NCBI RefSeq assembly: GCF_964204645.1
Contig: NC_134032.1
Span: forward strand, 14,310,275-14,374,274
From: Tubulanus polymorphus
Taxonomy: Eukaryota; Animalia; Nemertea
Direction: 5' to 3'
Length of the DNA stretch: 64,000 nt
The notes below the pieces were generated by a model. It ran no database searches, had not been told where the DNA came from, and saw only the letters and a program-made list of their open reading frames with translations. Made by a program: the position numbers and the translations under genes. Positions within the stretch are counted from its first letter, which is position 1; every line of letters starts with the position of its first letter. Shown here piece by piece: positions 1 through 13,900 of the stretch.

Positions 1-352
1 CCTCGAGACGGAATTAGAGACGGACCCCTGACTCCTTCCGGCTGAGATTTCATACATACCATCTAACTGCACTGTTCATTGTTTTCATCTCTCGAGCATC
101 GTCTCCCGTTAAATCCAAGGTGGCACTAGCAGCCTGCTGGTCAAAACTCGAGCCCAAACTCAAACTAGAAATACACAAAAAATACAAATTACAATTTCTG
201 GGGCTGATCATGCACCTTCAGTTGCTCAAAAGTTAAGAGTTAAGTTCACTTCTTCTTCTTCTTCCGATATCTGTCAACATCAACTGGTTGATGAAACACA
301 GTGTATAGGTGTGCGCAAATAAATATATACAGACATTACTAATAAATTTAGT

Positions 353-396
<44 letters not shown>

Positions 397-3300
397 GAGT
401 TTTTAAGCTAAGCGGTGTGGGAGAGAAGAGTCTAAAAGGATGTGTGCTTCGTTACAATCGAAACTGCATTGGTTACTATGGTATTTATCCGCCAGTTATC
501 TTTAATCGACTAAACCCAAGGACCCAGTTCCACATTTCTGTGTTAAGATTTTACTCAGAGTTAACTCATTGAAAATGAAATAAACTCTAACTTACAACTG
601 TGGAACTGGATCCCGAGTTCAGAGTTACCTCTAACTCACAACGTGGAACTGGATTTCGAGTTCAGAGTTAACTCTAACTCACAACGTGGAACTGGATTTC
701 AAGTTCAGAGTTAACTCTTAAACTCACAACTGTGGAACTGGGTCCTGGTGGTCTTTTCAAATTAACTCAGAAAAACAATCTTGTAATTCACCAAAATTTC
801 GAGGACGCTTATTTTCAAATTCTTTCTTACCCTTTCTCAGAAGCGAAATCTTTCGGTTTATAAGGAATGTAAAATTCCTCGTCTCTCACTCCGCCTGCTG
901 TCGTCCCGTCTGCCAAACGTTTTCGTTTCTTCTGTTTTTTCTCCTTGAATATTTTATCCGGATGCGATCGTTTCGGGGCGACCACTTGTTTGAAGGTATT
1001 CTTAAAATAAAAGATATGTATGTAAAACAACTTAATCCGGGGCCAGTTTACAAAAGAGAAGAGGGCCAAATTGAATTCAAGGATCAAGAATCTTTAAATC
1101 TCAGAACTCCCTAATAATTACTCAATCTCTGTAGCCTATTTAGACGAATGTTATGATTGTTTGGTAATTCCAGGTCGTCCTCTGTATTTGAGAGTTTGAA
1201 TAGAAAAGATCAATCTCAGAATTCCCTGATAATTTCCCAATCTCCATGATTAAATCCCTGGTTCCCTGATTTTCCTGCAGGGAATGCGATATCTTCAATT
1301 TCCTGATAATTCTCTGATTTCCATTAGAAAATATCTGATTTCCTGATTTCTGTGCAGGGAATTTAAAATCCTACATAAATTCCCTGCACAGAATATGAAA
1401 ATCTAAATTCCCGATAATTCCCAAATTTCCATAAGAAAATACCTAGGCTAGGTTTCATAGATGTGGATGAAAAAATAGTCCCTAGGAACATTTTGAAATT
1501 TGTCAGTTATATCCATGGTTTCTCATTGTTACTACCATAGTATGGTGGTTGTTACCCAGATTAACCCAAAATCATAAACTCCCCAATTTCCCTGATTTAC
1601 AGATACCCTGAAATTCCATGATTTTCTGATTGCTTTTAAGGTCAGCAGCCACAATGACAGTTGAACCAGGGTTTTCTAAATACCTGTAACGCATCTTCCG
1701 AAACTTCCATCTCCGCATTATTCGAATTTTCTACCTCCGCCATTCGTTCGTCTTCCTCCAGCGTTTTCTCGAGAAATCGATCCGTTTTCTCGCGTTGTTT
1801 TATCTGCGTCGAGATGATCGCGTTGCCGTGGAAATTACGCTTGTTTTTCATCACTTCGAATCCGCGATTTTTTGCGTGCGAGTTGATCTCGAAAATCGTC
1901 TGCAAGAAAAGCAGCGAGCAGACGACAATTTAAAATGAAACTAAAATTCTCCTGATTTATCAATTCAGGGTCCTGAGGCTGGTCGCATAGTCATGGATTA
2001 GACTTAAGACCAGTCTAAGACCAACTTAGTTCTATAGCCAATCTACAACTTGAGACCAGTCGACCACTTTTGGACTTAAGTCACGACTGTGCAACTGGCC
2101 CCTGCTGCGGGGCTAATTGCACTGACATGGCTTAGATTTAAGACCAGCCCAAGACCAACTTAGTCCTATAGCATATTAAGACTGAATTTTAAAAGGGTCA
2201 GTAATTTGATGAATATTCAATTGTTTTGTTTTTCTTTTTTCTATTAGCAGATGAGTAAATTTGAGTTGAATTTCTTGTTTGTATGAAACTAGATCCATTA
2301 GAATACCGGTACAAACTTACGGTTTGCGGACGATAATTTCTCATTTTTTCGATCAATTGCAATCTTTCGGTCTCGTCGTTTTCGCCACTTTCACCGAACA
2401 GGGGATGAAACGTCAACGGCACGGCGGACATTTCCTTCATACGTTTAATAGACTCACTCGCCGGAGCCGGTCTTGATCGGATATAGTTTTTAAATGCGTT
2501 CGTGCAAACTTTCACTTGTCCTTCCTTCAAATACAAATAACACATATTAGACTGTGTGCAGTAAAACGTATCTATAACATCATCAAATTGTGTAGAGACC
2601 CATCTTGAAAAGATGGCAGCCTCCATTAATCCCTATGACATCATTGATTGATTGATATCTTATTTACATAGAACATATACAATAATACAGAGACAAGAAT
2701 TATTAATTATTAATTATTAATTATCACCAACTGTTGTAGAGAACTGACCGACATGTATATAGACCCTTTCAGAAAACATGGGTGCCTCTATAATAATCCC
2801 CCTTATGACATCATCAAATTGTGTAGACCCTTCCTCCATAAACATGTTATGATATCATCTTTGTAGAGAAATGATCAATGAAATAGACCTGCCCAAAATA
2901 GATGGCCAGCCCTAATAATCCTCTCATGCATCAAACAGTCTAGTTATCATATGAATACGAACCAGCTCAGAATTGTGATAATGCCATTGTCTGATATTGA
3001 TCTCCTCGTCATCAGCAATCCACTGCGGTACCCGACCATAAACACCATCAACATCTGCAAAATAAATCGCTACATTTACATAACACATTTTATTCGAGTT
3101 TTGATGGAAATTTCGTTGCAAATTGCGGAACCAGATCTCTCTGATCTACCAATATTTTGAGCGTTAGAAACAGTTATTTTTACCTGGTGTATTCTTATCT
3201 TTAAGAGCGTATTTCATCGGTCGTCCGAGAAACAGATGTAAATCCAACACGTAGGGAATTTCGTCGTGAGCTACGAGCGAATACGCCGTTCCCGAACGTC

Positions 3301-6300
3301 CAGCGCGGGCCACACGACCTTGAAAAACAACAGACGACACACATTCAATACGATAAAAATTTCATGAAGCATTTCTATATTCGGATAAGCACAGTGAATT
3401 GAGCAGCTGGAGTAAAATTTACGAGAAAAGGGATTCTTCGTTCAGTAAATGCGCATAAAATTTGAATTTTTTGACCTAACGCCCCATCATCCCTCTTGTA
3501 TGCAAAATCGGCCATTTTTTCCTATACTTTAAGTATCAAATTATGCTACTGCACTAACCCCCCCCCCCCACCCTTAAAATTTTCTAGAAAAGGGATTCTT
3601 CATTCAGTACATGCGCATAAAATTTGAATCTTTGACCGAACGCCCCATCATCCCCCTTGTATGCAAAATCGGCCACTTTTCCTATACTTTAAGTATCAAA
3701 TTATGCTACTGCACTAACCCCCCCACCCTTATTTGTATATAACAGATGAATACCCTCGAAGATATCTGCTTTCAATATCAATTTCGATATCTCATCAACT
3801 TACCGACGCGATGGACGAAAAGTTTTGGTTTCGCCGGAAAATGATAATTAATCACGTTATCCAACATCGGAATATCGATACCTCGCGCGGCGAGATCCGT
3901 CACGACCATTACCATCGATTTCTTCTTTTGGAATTTAGCGATGTTTATCTTACGAGCCGTCTGATCCAGGGAACTGTATATATACGTGTTACTGATACCG
4001 GCGACATCTAGCAGCTGAAATATACAACGATCAATATATCTGATTCGGGTTTTCATATACAGTGGACCTCCGATATACGCCACTCCCGCCTACCGCCAGG
4101 TTTGCTCAATGTACATCTCTAAACAAATACATAATAAAACATCCCCGATATACCACCCTCCCATTTACCACCACCCTCGCTTACCGCCAGGTTTTCTCAA
4201 TGTACATCTCTTTATAAATACATAGTAAAACACCCCCAATATACCACCCTCCAATATACCGCCACCCCCGCCTACTGCCAGGTTTTCTCAATGTACATCT
4301 CTATACAAATACATAGTAAAACACCCCTGATATACCGCCATACTCTCTATACAGCCAGTTGTTCTGTACCGAGATGTGGGCGGTATATCCGGGGTTGACT
4401 GTAACTTGCAGAATAATTTACACACTAAGTTTAGAAAATAATTTCTCAAATCCAAGAATTTCAAAAACGAAATACGTACCATTCGGATGTATTCGACGTG
4501 ATGTTTCGTAGCGACGAATAAAACCGTCTGCTCCGTCGGTTTAATCACCTGCTTCAACAGATGGATCAATAACGCTGTTTTATCAACCGCGCGACATTGG
4601 AAAAATGAGAGCTGCGAAAAAAAAACCGATCACAATTACATCAAACGACATCAAAGAATCAATGTTTTACAAGTACATTAAAAACTCCAAATTTCCAATA
4701 ATCATCTCAATAGGAGGAAGCTAAGCCTATATTCCTGTACACAATCAGTAACACTGTCAATCAAACTTCTGCCATTGAGATGAGCTCATTTTAACAGAAA
4801 ATGCGTGAAAACTTCATCAAAAGACGACATCGCAGAATCAATGAATTTTAAGAATTACCTTAAGATTTTCGCTCAGTTTTGTATCCACATCTAAACGTAT
4901 CAAGGTCGGATCGTGGAGACCGGCTTTCGCGAATTCGACGAGTAATTTTGGCAGCGTCGCCGAGAACAACAGCGTCTGCCTCGTCTCCGGCAGTCGGTTG
5001 ATTATTTCTTGCAGTTGTTCCTGGAAACCCATTTCAAACAATCTGAAAAATAAAAGTAAACACATCCAGAGACCTCTTTGGACAGAAGTGTCGAGTTTTT
5101 CCTGATTTTTTCCTAGATTTTTCTGATTCGCCGAGTTTATTTTTGATGAGTTTAGGCAATTTTTTGCAAACTTCAATACAATTCAAACGTTATCAGGAAA
5201 ATTCTTTCAACAAGGTCCAATTTCAAGGCATAAAATGAAATGACCAATCAAAGTAAATTTTGTTAATAAGCAGATGTTATACTGACCTATCGGCTTCATC
5301 AAAAACAACATATTCAACCGCGTTCATTTTTAAATCCATTTCCATAACAACGTGCAGGAATCGACCCGGTGTCGCTATAATTCTGAAAACAAAATACCGA
5401 TGTCTTCTTAGATCTAATTGGTCGATTGGTCTAAGAAGCTTGAATATTGACCAATCGTAATTCATTTTACATTCAGTGATGATGCTTACATGTCTGGATT
5501 TTCGTGAAGAGCCGCAAATTGATCTTCCATACTGAAAATAACAATGAAAAACATCAAAGTCAATCTTTCGAAAAAGTCTTGAAAAAAAGTCAAAAGCACA
5601 AAAACGAATGAATTCCTACCTATCTCCACCGAGCACGACAGCTGACTTCAAACCTGTGTATTTTCCAATCTGAAAATAATACCGAAAAATTTTTTTTCAC
5701 TTTTTTTCAAAGTCTGCTCTATATTCATTGATTTTAGCTGAATATTTCTCCTAGTTTGTATCACATCATGTACCTTAAAGTCTCTTTGTTCATATATCTC
5801 ATGATTTTGTTACAACATTAGAATGTATATATTGTCGAAATATTGGAAAAATATTAAGTCAAGGAAACATTTAAGAATCAATGGTTCATTCTAATAATTG
5901 TGAGATTTTAAATTAATACTGTCACAATAGTCGCTCAGTTTTATCAGTGGGAATTTTTCGAAGTCATTAAAAAAACCTGACATTTTAAGCAGTCATTAAG
6001 GGATGCAAACCTCCTTGGTAAATTTAAGAGTTTGAAGAGCTAATTCTCGAGTTGGTGACATGATCAATGCGCGCGCTCCAGACTTCGCCGAGTGCAATTT
6101 CAATTTCTCGAACATCGGCAACAAAAACGCCGCCGTTTTCCCGCTACCCGTCCTCGCCATGGCAACCACATCTTTACCTTCCAGTATGATAGGAATCGTC
6201 TATAAAGCGAAAAATAACATGATTTTCTAAAAGTTTCCAGAATTTGTTTCTCGTTTGAAATGTATCAAGGAGCGATAATGCAAACCTTTCTTTGAATCGG

Positions 6301-6973
6301 GGTCGGAATTTTGTAACCTTTGCGAATGATACCATTGTAAACACTACGAGAAAATCCTGAAAAAAAAAAAATAAAATATTTTAATTTGAAAATACAGAGC
6401 CCAGTCTCACTTGCCAGAGTTACCTCTCAGGTGATGCTGCTGCATCTTAAAGTGTAGTTTGGAACCCAAAATCTTAGGGAAAGAATTTTGTATGTTGAAC
6501 TTTTTAATTTTGAATAGAATTATGCTGCACTAATTTGAATATTTTTGGAGGAAATTGACTAAGAAAATCTATTAAAAATTCAATTAATTACTAAGTTTCC
6601 AATGTTTTTCCCTTAAACTTTTCAGTGCTGACTAATTAATACCCTAAAGTGCTGGAGATGATTTGAACATTTTCAGCTCTCAATGTGTTATGTATCTACC
6701 TATACACCGCACTGCAGTAGCCTCGCTGAAAGGGTTTAAGGGAGAGAACTGTGGACCTCAGTTCTTATTTACAAACTTACCCATCGATTGGAAGCCTCCG
6801 GATTTTTTATGTTTACGATTTTGTTTAGCGACTAATCTTCTAGTTTCATTCGCCAGATCATCTTCACTATCGATTTCCTCCTCATCAGCACCACCCTCAC
6901 GTCCGGCCGTTTCACTATTCTTTTCATTGTCATCATCATGAAATTCTTCGTCATCGATCAGACTCAGGTCCAT
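1..6973 (-). CDS. DDX54: ATP-dependent DEAD-box RNA helicase DDX54/Dbp10; multi-exon, 3' part continues beyond the left edge
   Basis: Spliced translation gives [98 protein letters not shown]. Approximate exons: 6781-6973 (ATG), 6286-6356, 6011-6199, 5620-5669, 5490-5532, 5287-5382, 4859-5042, 4480-4612, 3803-4014, 3184-3318, 2963-3054, 2321-2526, 1684-1899, 831-1000, 1-165. Confidence 0.95.
6413..6533. repeat. ~125-bp dispersed element; second direct copy at 7627-7761
   Basis: CTCACTTGCCAGAGTTACCTCTCAGG..TATGCTGCACTAA is present in both copies. Confidence 0.8.
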
Positions 6974-7079
6974 TTTTATCAACAAACCCTTGAAATTCGG
7001 AAAACAGACTAATTTATTGCCCTAGACGCTATTTATTGGCCCTGTAACGTACGTAGCTAACTTGAAGATTGATGATCGT

Positions 7080-7520
7080 ACTGTAGAGTGATGGCCTTTT
7101 CTTGACTTGAACTTATGAAGAATCTTGTTTGATTTGTATTGAATTTATGAAATAAACGTCTAAAATCGACCGTTTTGTTTAAAATAAGATTTACAAGTAT
7201 ATATTTTCGAAACGAAGGTCCCGTTCTCTATTCAATTACCAAATTTGGAGCGATTCTGATCAGAATTGAGTCTTTAACGGGCTGAAATTCAACGTCGCTT
7301 CAGTATTTCACTTCAAAAACAACGTGGTAGACCACCATGACAGTTATGCTAAAAACGCGGACCAGGATTTCCCATCCTCGGTTAAAAAGCCCACAGGTCG
7401 GGATTTAGGGAATACTGTCATGGCGGCCAAAGTGAAACTGATGCTTGAAATGGGAACATTGTGAACATATTCTGGCTCCTGGCGCGTTTAGATTTGGGCT
7501 TAAATCGATATTTTTCTGGT
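7080..7520. promoter_or_regulatory. Probable bidirectional promoter of DDX54 and RNGTT
   Basis: Head-to-head genes with ATGs about 1 kb apart. A likely RNGTT 5' UTR donor (GTGAGT) lies at ~7519. ATGGCGGC (YY1-like) occurs at ~7420. Confidence 0.6.
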
Positions 7521-7976
7521 GAGTTCTAAGATTTAATTGAGATGATTCGAAAGATGTTAAAATCTATCGGGTTTTCCCCGTTAGTTCGTTGTAATTAACG
7601 TTTGAACGAGGAAAATACGCAGCACAGCCTCACTTGCCAGAGTTACCTCTCAGGCGATGCTGCTGCATCTTAGTCTAAGTCGTAGTTTGGAACCAAAAAC
7701 ATTAGGGAAACGATTTCGTATGTTGAACTTTTTGTGTTTGACTAAATTTATGCTGCACTAACTGCACTGTATTTTGAAACCCAAAGATAAGAAAGATTGT
7801 CCAAATATCAAAATGATGCTAAATTTCTTAAAAGTTTTAATTTTTTGACCCCTTTGTCAAAGGAATGAATGTTTGAAATATCAAAAAGTGAAAAAAGGGA
7901 TTTTCAAGTTAGCAGATTCAGATGATTTTAATATACTTTTTTCTTCTGTAGAATTACTGGATGCTAATAAACAAAC

Positions 7977-10900
7977 ATGGCCGGGAAACAGTTTAATAAA
8001 ATCCCACCCCGATGGTTGAACTGCCCTCGTAAAGGATCCATTATAAACAGTAAGTTTAAGTGTCACCAAATTAATTTCCCTTTGATCGATAACCATTGAT
8101 GAAATGCTTTGAGTCTGTTTTGTGTAGTCCAGTACCTAGCCGTTGTTCCAGGGAACCGTAACAACGACTGGTATTCAGACTATGTTTGGTATTGTTAATA
8201 AATCTCACTAGAAAAATATAGAAAAATAAAGCCTGAAATTATGTTTTTTTGTTAATGTCAATGTTTTGACTCTATCCTAATAGTCATCTTTCAGATTGCC
8301 GTAAAAGTAATGTAATTCATTTCAACTTTTCATCATAGTCATAATAGTCATCTCTATAAACTACTTGTAGGAAACTATTTTCGAGGCTAATTTATATTTT
8401 GTGCGCGATGAATTTTTTAGATAAATTTCTACCGTTTAAAACTTTGCTGGATGGGCGATATGACGGTGAAGTGCCCGAATCAAATCGTTGGAATCTCGAA
8501 ATGTTGATGTTATCCAGCAAAATGTACAAGGTAAGGAAGGGCAAACATTGTTACCGTTCTACCGTTTAAAACTTTGCTGGATGGGCGATATGACGGTGAA
8601 GTGCCCGAATCAAATCGTTGGAATCTCGAAATGTTGATGTTATCCAGCAAAATGTACAAGGTAAGGAAGGGCAAACATTGTTTTTCAGAAGCCGGTTCCA
8701 TAGTCATGGCTAAGACTTAACCCTTTCAGTGCGTCTACACCGCAGTGCGGTGTTTAAATCATTGATGGATTTTGCTAGTACACCGCACTGCGGTGTATTG
8801 ATGTAATTAGTAATTAGTAATTATCTCTATTGAAAAATGGCAGAAAGTGTCAAACATAGTGAAATACTAGTAACTAACGATACACCGCACTGCGGTGTAG
8901 ACGCACTATAGTGGTATTCCCATTGTTCAACACACTAGGGTGGAATTTTTTAGAATTTTCAAATTTTCTCCAGCACTATAGGGTATTAATTAGTCAGCAC
9001 TGAAAGGGTTAAGACCAGTCTTAAACTATCTTAGTTCTATAGCCAATCTAACAATTTAAGACCAGTCTTAAGATTTAAGACCACTTTCGGGCTTAAGTCT
9101 CGACTATGGAACTGGCCTCTGGGCATGCAGCACGTTTGTCTAAGTCTGAAAAGTGCTTATTTTTGAACACATTTAGGACAGTGAAATCCTGAAAGTGCTG
9201 AAAACCGGGTCCCTACAACTCCTTGCTACCTTCAAAAACTTCTAAACAGAAAATGCTTTTAAAGTTGCTTAAAACATTTAATTTTGGCAAAATGCCCAAT
9301 TCTTTTGGTAAAATGCAGCCGTTTTCTATCTCTGAGTTAAGATTTTACCCTGGGTTAAAACATTGAAAATGAACTTACTTTAACTCAGAGTTAACTCTAA
9401 CTCATGACTGTGGAACTGGGTCCGGGTCGACGATTAACTCAATGTTTTGGGAAAAAAAGAGGACGAAAGTTTTTCATCCATTTTTTTTTCAGGTGAACCT
9501 CGGATTAGTGATCGATTTAACGAATACGACTCGTTTCTACGATAAATCAACCCTCGAGGCGTACGACTGTAAATACCTGAAATTACAATGTCGCGGGTGA
9601 GTCGCCATTTTATTTACTCGTTTTTTTTTTTTCATCGCGGAGAAATCCTCAAAATCGGTCAATTTTATCGTCGAAATTCTACTTCGAAATGATTATGATA
9701 TTTCAGACATGGTGAAACCCCCTCGCAGGATCAGACAAACACTTTTATAAGCATCTGCGATCATTTCATTCGTCAAAAACCTCTCCACGTCATCGGTGAG
9801 TTATTGATGGTTACCCCAGTTTCGTTTAAGTTTCTAATCAAGAATCCACTGAAAAAATATCCCCAAAAAAGATCTAGTTGTCCTGCCTAATACCAAATTG
9901 GACTGCCAAAATCTGTCCCAGCTGAATGTTGTCGGCAAAAAGGAATAATTTTTATGTATCATAAACCACCACTAAGGCTAAACAAAAATGATACCTTGTT
10001 TCTCCGCAGCGGCCGGCTAATTTTTGTAAAATATGATAAAATTTATAAACAGTTCATTTCTATAGCGGCCGGGTCTGTTATGGTAAAATTGATCACGATT
10101 TAAAAAAAAAGTAATGTATAGGGTAGATAGGCGGCCGGCCGGGTCAACAGTTAAGCTCAGCAGAGCGGAGAAACAAGGTATCAATTTTTTTTATCCTAAT
10201 AGAATAGTGAGATCAGAAATTTATTGTTTCTTGTCGGGACAAACAAGAATCTATTGAGCTCTGTACCGTACAGAGTCTTAGTACCATAATTATAAGTACA
10301 TCTCTAGGCTTGCACTGTGTCCCTCACCTTTTTTATGTAAAAACTATGTGAACTCCTATATTTTTCAATAATCTTGGATGATGAAAATCAATTACATTAC
10401 ATTACATAAAACCATGGACAAAATGAAACGAACAACCCACTACCAACTCCGCTCCAGGTCAATATGTAAGAAAATAGTATCTGCCGCACTTTTCTCCCTA
10501 ACTTCAAACAGGGACAACTTCAGTTCACTTCAAACAGGAGGGGGGCCCTCCTGTTTGAAATGAACTAAACTGAATCCATTTCTTTCCCGGTTGGAAAATC
10601 TATTTTTGTAAAAAGAAAATCTAATAAATATAAACAGGCTGAATTCATCAAATTTATCGTACGTTATTTCATCATCACGGACTGGTTCCCGCTTTCGTTT
10701 CAGGAGTACACTGTACGCACGGATTTAATCGGACTGGTTTCCTGATCGTTGCGTATCTCGTGGAGAAACAGAACTGGAGCGTTGACGCGGCCGTTGATAT
10801 GTATCGTAAAGCTCGTCCACCTGGCATTTATAAACAGGACTATTTAGAGGAGTTATACCGTCGTTATGGCGACCCCGAGGAAACTCCGTCTGCTCCACCT

Positions 10901-13900
10901 TTACCAGATTGGTGTCTCGGTATGTTTTGAGTGAAATTAATATTCATATTATAAGTACATAGTTCCACAGTTCTGAAGCCAGTTCCACAGTTCTGAGCCC
11001 TGTTCCACAGTTCTGGATCAAGTTGCACAGTTCTGCACCCAGTTCTAGAGTTTTGAACCCAGTTCCACAGTTTGGAACCAAGTTGCACACTTATATAGAG
11101 CTGATTTCATAGTTGCTTTTTAGTTTGACTCTCTGTTTAGTTAGAATTCAGTTCATTTCAAATTGAAGTAACTTCAATGAACTGTAGAAAAGAGTCCAGT
11201 TCTACAAGTTATGATTATTTTCAGCTGTTTTTATTCAGTATTTGCTGAAATTTCAAGTTAGTAGAAGTTTCTAGAATCTCATCTGTTGTCTTCCCCATAA
11301 CTTTGTAGAAAGTGAAGATGGTTTGGACGACGATGGCAACTCCCTTAACGATACAAACGACCTCGGAGACGGCCCCCCGAACAAACGACGAAGACAAGAA
11401 ATCGTAAAAAAGGTATATTGTATTTGTAAAAAAAAAGTCAACGGTACATAATTACCCCGGAACGAAAATAGAGGTCATCGGCCATCAGATATGGCCACCA
11501 GGGCAGCCATCTTGAATTTCTTGTTTGGCGCGATACAGCCTTGAGTATGATGGATATCAATGAAACTTGATGTGAGATTTAAGACAGGTTTATATGTGTT
11601 CGACTTCAATTCTTACAAAGTTGGGGAGAGTGTGTTGCAGGGGGTATTTAAGGCCGCAAGGCGTCATTCTAGTTTATCTTCAGTAGTGGTCGGAATTTTT
11701 CGAGTGAGAAACTGTATTCTTCTTATTTACTCCACAGGATGCGTTATTTATGGACGGGGAAGTGGAGGGAGTAGAAACCGTAACCAAACAGCCCCTACTC
11801 GGCGATATACAAAAGAAATGTCAGAAATTATGCAGCTGGAAAAGGTTTAACACTTTTTATTAGCTCAAAAAATTTGATACATAAATTTCTGCAATCATTT
11901 GTAGATACCTGCTGAAAATACCAATTTTTTAGTACACGTTTTTTGTGCGTAACTAAAATAACTTAGGAATTTCCAAAATTCAAACAAATACCTGTTTTAC
12001 TTGGAATTTGTGTCATTGGAAAAATTCTTGTTTTAAAAACAGCAATGGATTTCCCGGATCTCAGCCCGTCTCTATGGATCTCAGTAATATCGAATTCCTC
12101 AAACAGAAAGCGTACAAAGTCAGTTGGAAAGCAGACGGAGTCAGGTTAGACGTTTAACCTTCACCTTGTATAGACCGTATCTAGTTAGTTACCTAATCGT
12201 TGGTGTTAAGCTTTTTATAATCGGATGAGCTTATGCCAACTTAAATACTTTTGGTTTGTGAAAATATCCGATCGTGAAACTAAACCACAGTCAGGTTACT
12301 GACTAGACCGTATCAATCGTGGAATCACTGCTGCAATGTGAATTTTTGAAAGTGAGCTGATAAAATATCCGATGTCTGATGCAAAAATCGATCGAAAAAT
12401 CACGTTTGTGAAATTGATCGCAAAACTTCGTAAAAATGCCTTAAATGATTTGAGGGGTCCCTACAACAAGTGACAATTATTGTCACTATGGAACAGCTGA
12501 GGGTGTATGGTTTGATGAGCAAAATTAGCGCTTGTAAAAATGCCTTAAATGATTTAAGGGTTCTACAAGTGACAATAATTGAGGGTATGGCCTGAGTGAG
12601 TTAGTATTGCCTTTTGGGACATCAAAATGCTCTTTTGGGAAGTGAAACAAGTTCTTCAAAATTAGCTCTGGATCCCTACACCCTTCAGCCTGTGATGCAG
12701 GCTGAAGGGTGTATGAAGGGTCCAGGCAGCAGATTAGTTTCAGCATGCACTAAAATTCAAATGCATCAATCATATTCCATATAAACTACCCAAATTTCGG
12801 TTATCCCGATGTCACATGACCGTGATGAAAAAAATGTTTCAATTTTTTTTCTGCATTCGTTGTCGTAGATACATGATGTTGATAGATGGAGCTCGTAATA
12901 ATTACATGATCGACCGAGACAACGCCGTTTTCCACGTGCCGAATTTAACGTTTCCACGACGGAAAGATCTTCATAAACATCTACAAAACACGCTCATAGA
13001 TGGCGAGATGATCATCGACAACGACAACGGGAAAAAAGTGCCGCGATTTTTAATCTACGACATCGTCACGTTTGAGGTAAGATCATCAAGATTAGTCTAG
13101 TACATTGTGCCATTGTTCCCCAGTTGTAGGGAACCCGTAACAACGACTGGTATTCAGACTACATCGAAATGTGTTACGTTGCAGGTTTTATCCACTTAAT
13201 CAAACTGTGGGTTCAGTTTCACAAAAATGTTTGCGAATACTAAATAGAAGGTTAAATTTGAATTGTTGTCCTCAGAAACCACATAGAAATTAAATGAACT
13301 TCAGCTTTTTGCGAAACTTCATCCTGGAGCTGGTTTTATAGATCAGTTTTGATTGTGAAGTCAGGTTTTATAGATCAGTTTTGATTGTGAAGTCAGGTTT
13401 TATAGATCAGTTTTGATTGTGAAGCCAGGTTTTATAGATCAGTTTTGATTGTGAAGCCAGGTTTTATAGATCAGTTTTGATTGTGAAGCCAGGTTTTATA
13501 GATCAGTTTTGATTGTGAAGTCAGGTTTTATAGATCAGTTTCGATTGTGAAGTCAGGTTTTATAGATCAGCTTTGATTGTGAAGCCAGGTTTTTTAGATC
13601 AGTTTTGATGTTTAGCTTAGAATGACCCCTAACATGATGCCATGAGTTTCATTCTTTTTTTCGTCAGGGTATCAACGTCGGTGGAACAGACTTTGATCGT
13701 CGTCTGCTGTGCATAACTAAAGAGATCATATCAACTCGTCACATGGCGATCGAACAAGGGAAATTAGACAAATATTCAGAAACATTCAGCATCAGAGCAA
13801 AACCGTTCTTCGATGTTACGCAATCAAAAGCAGTAAGCATGAATATTTAGTTACGATCAGGGTGGTCACTGATCTAAAAAGAGAGGCGCAGTGGCCGAGT

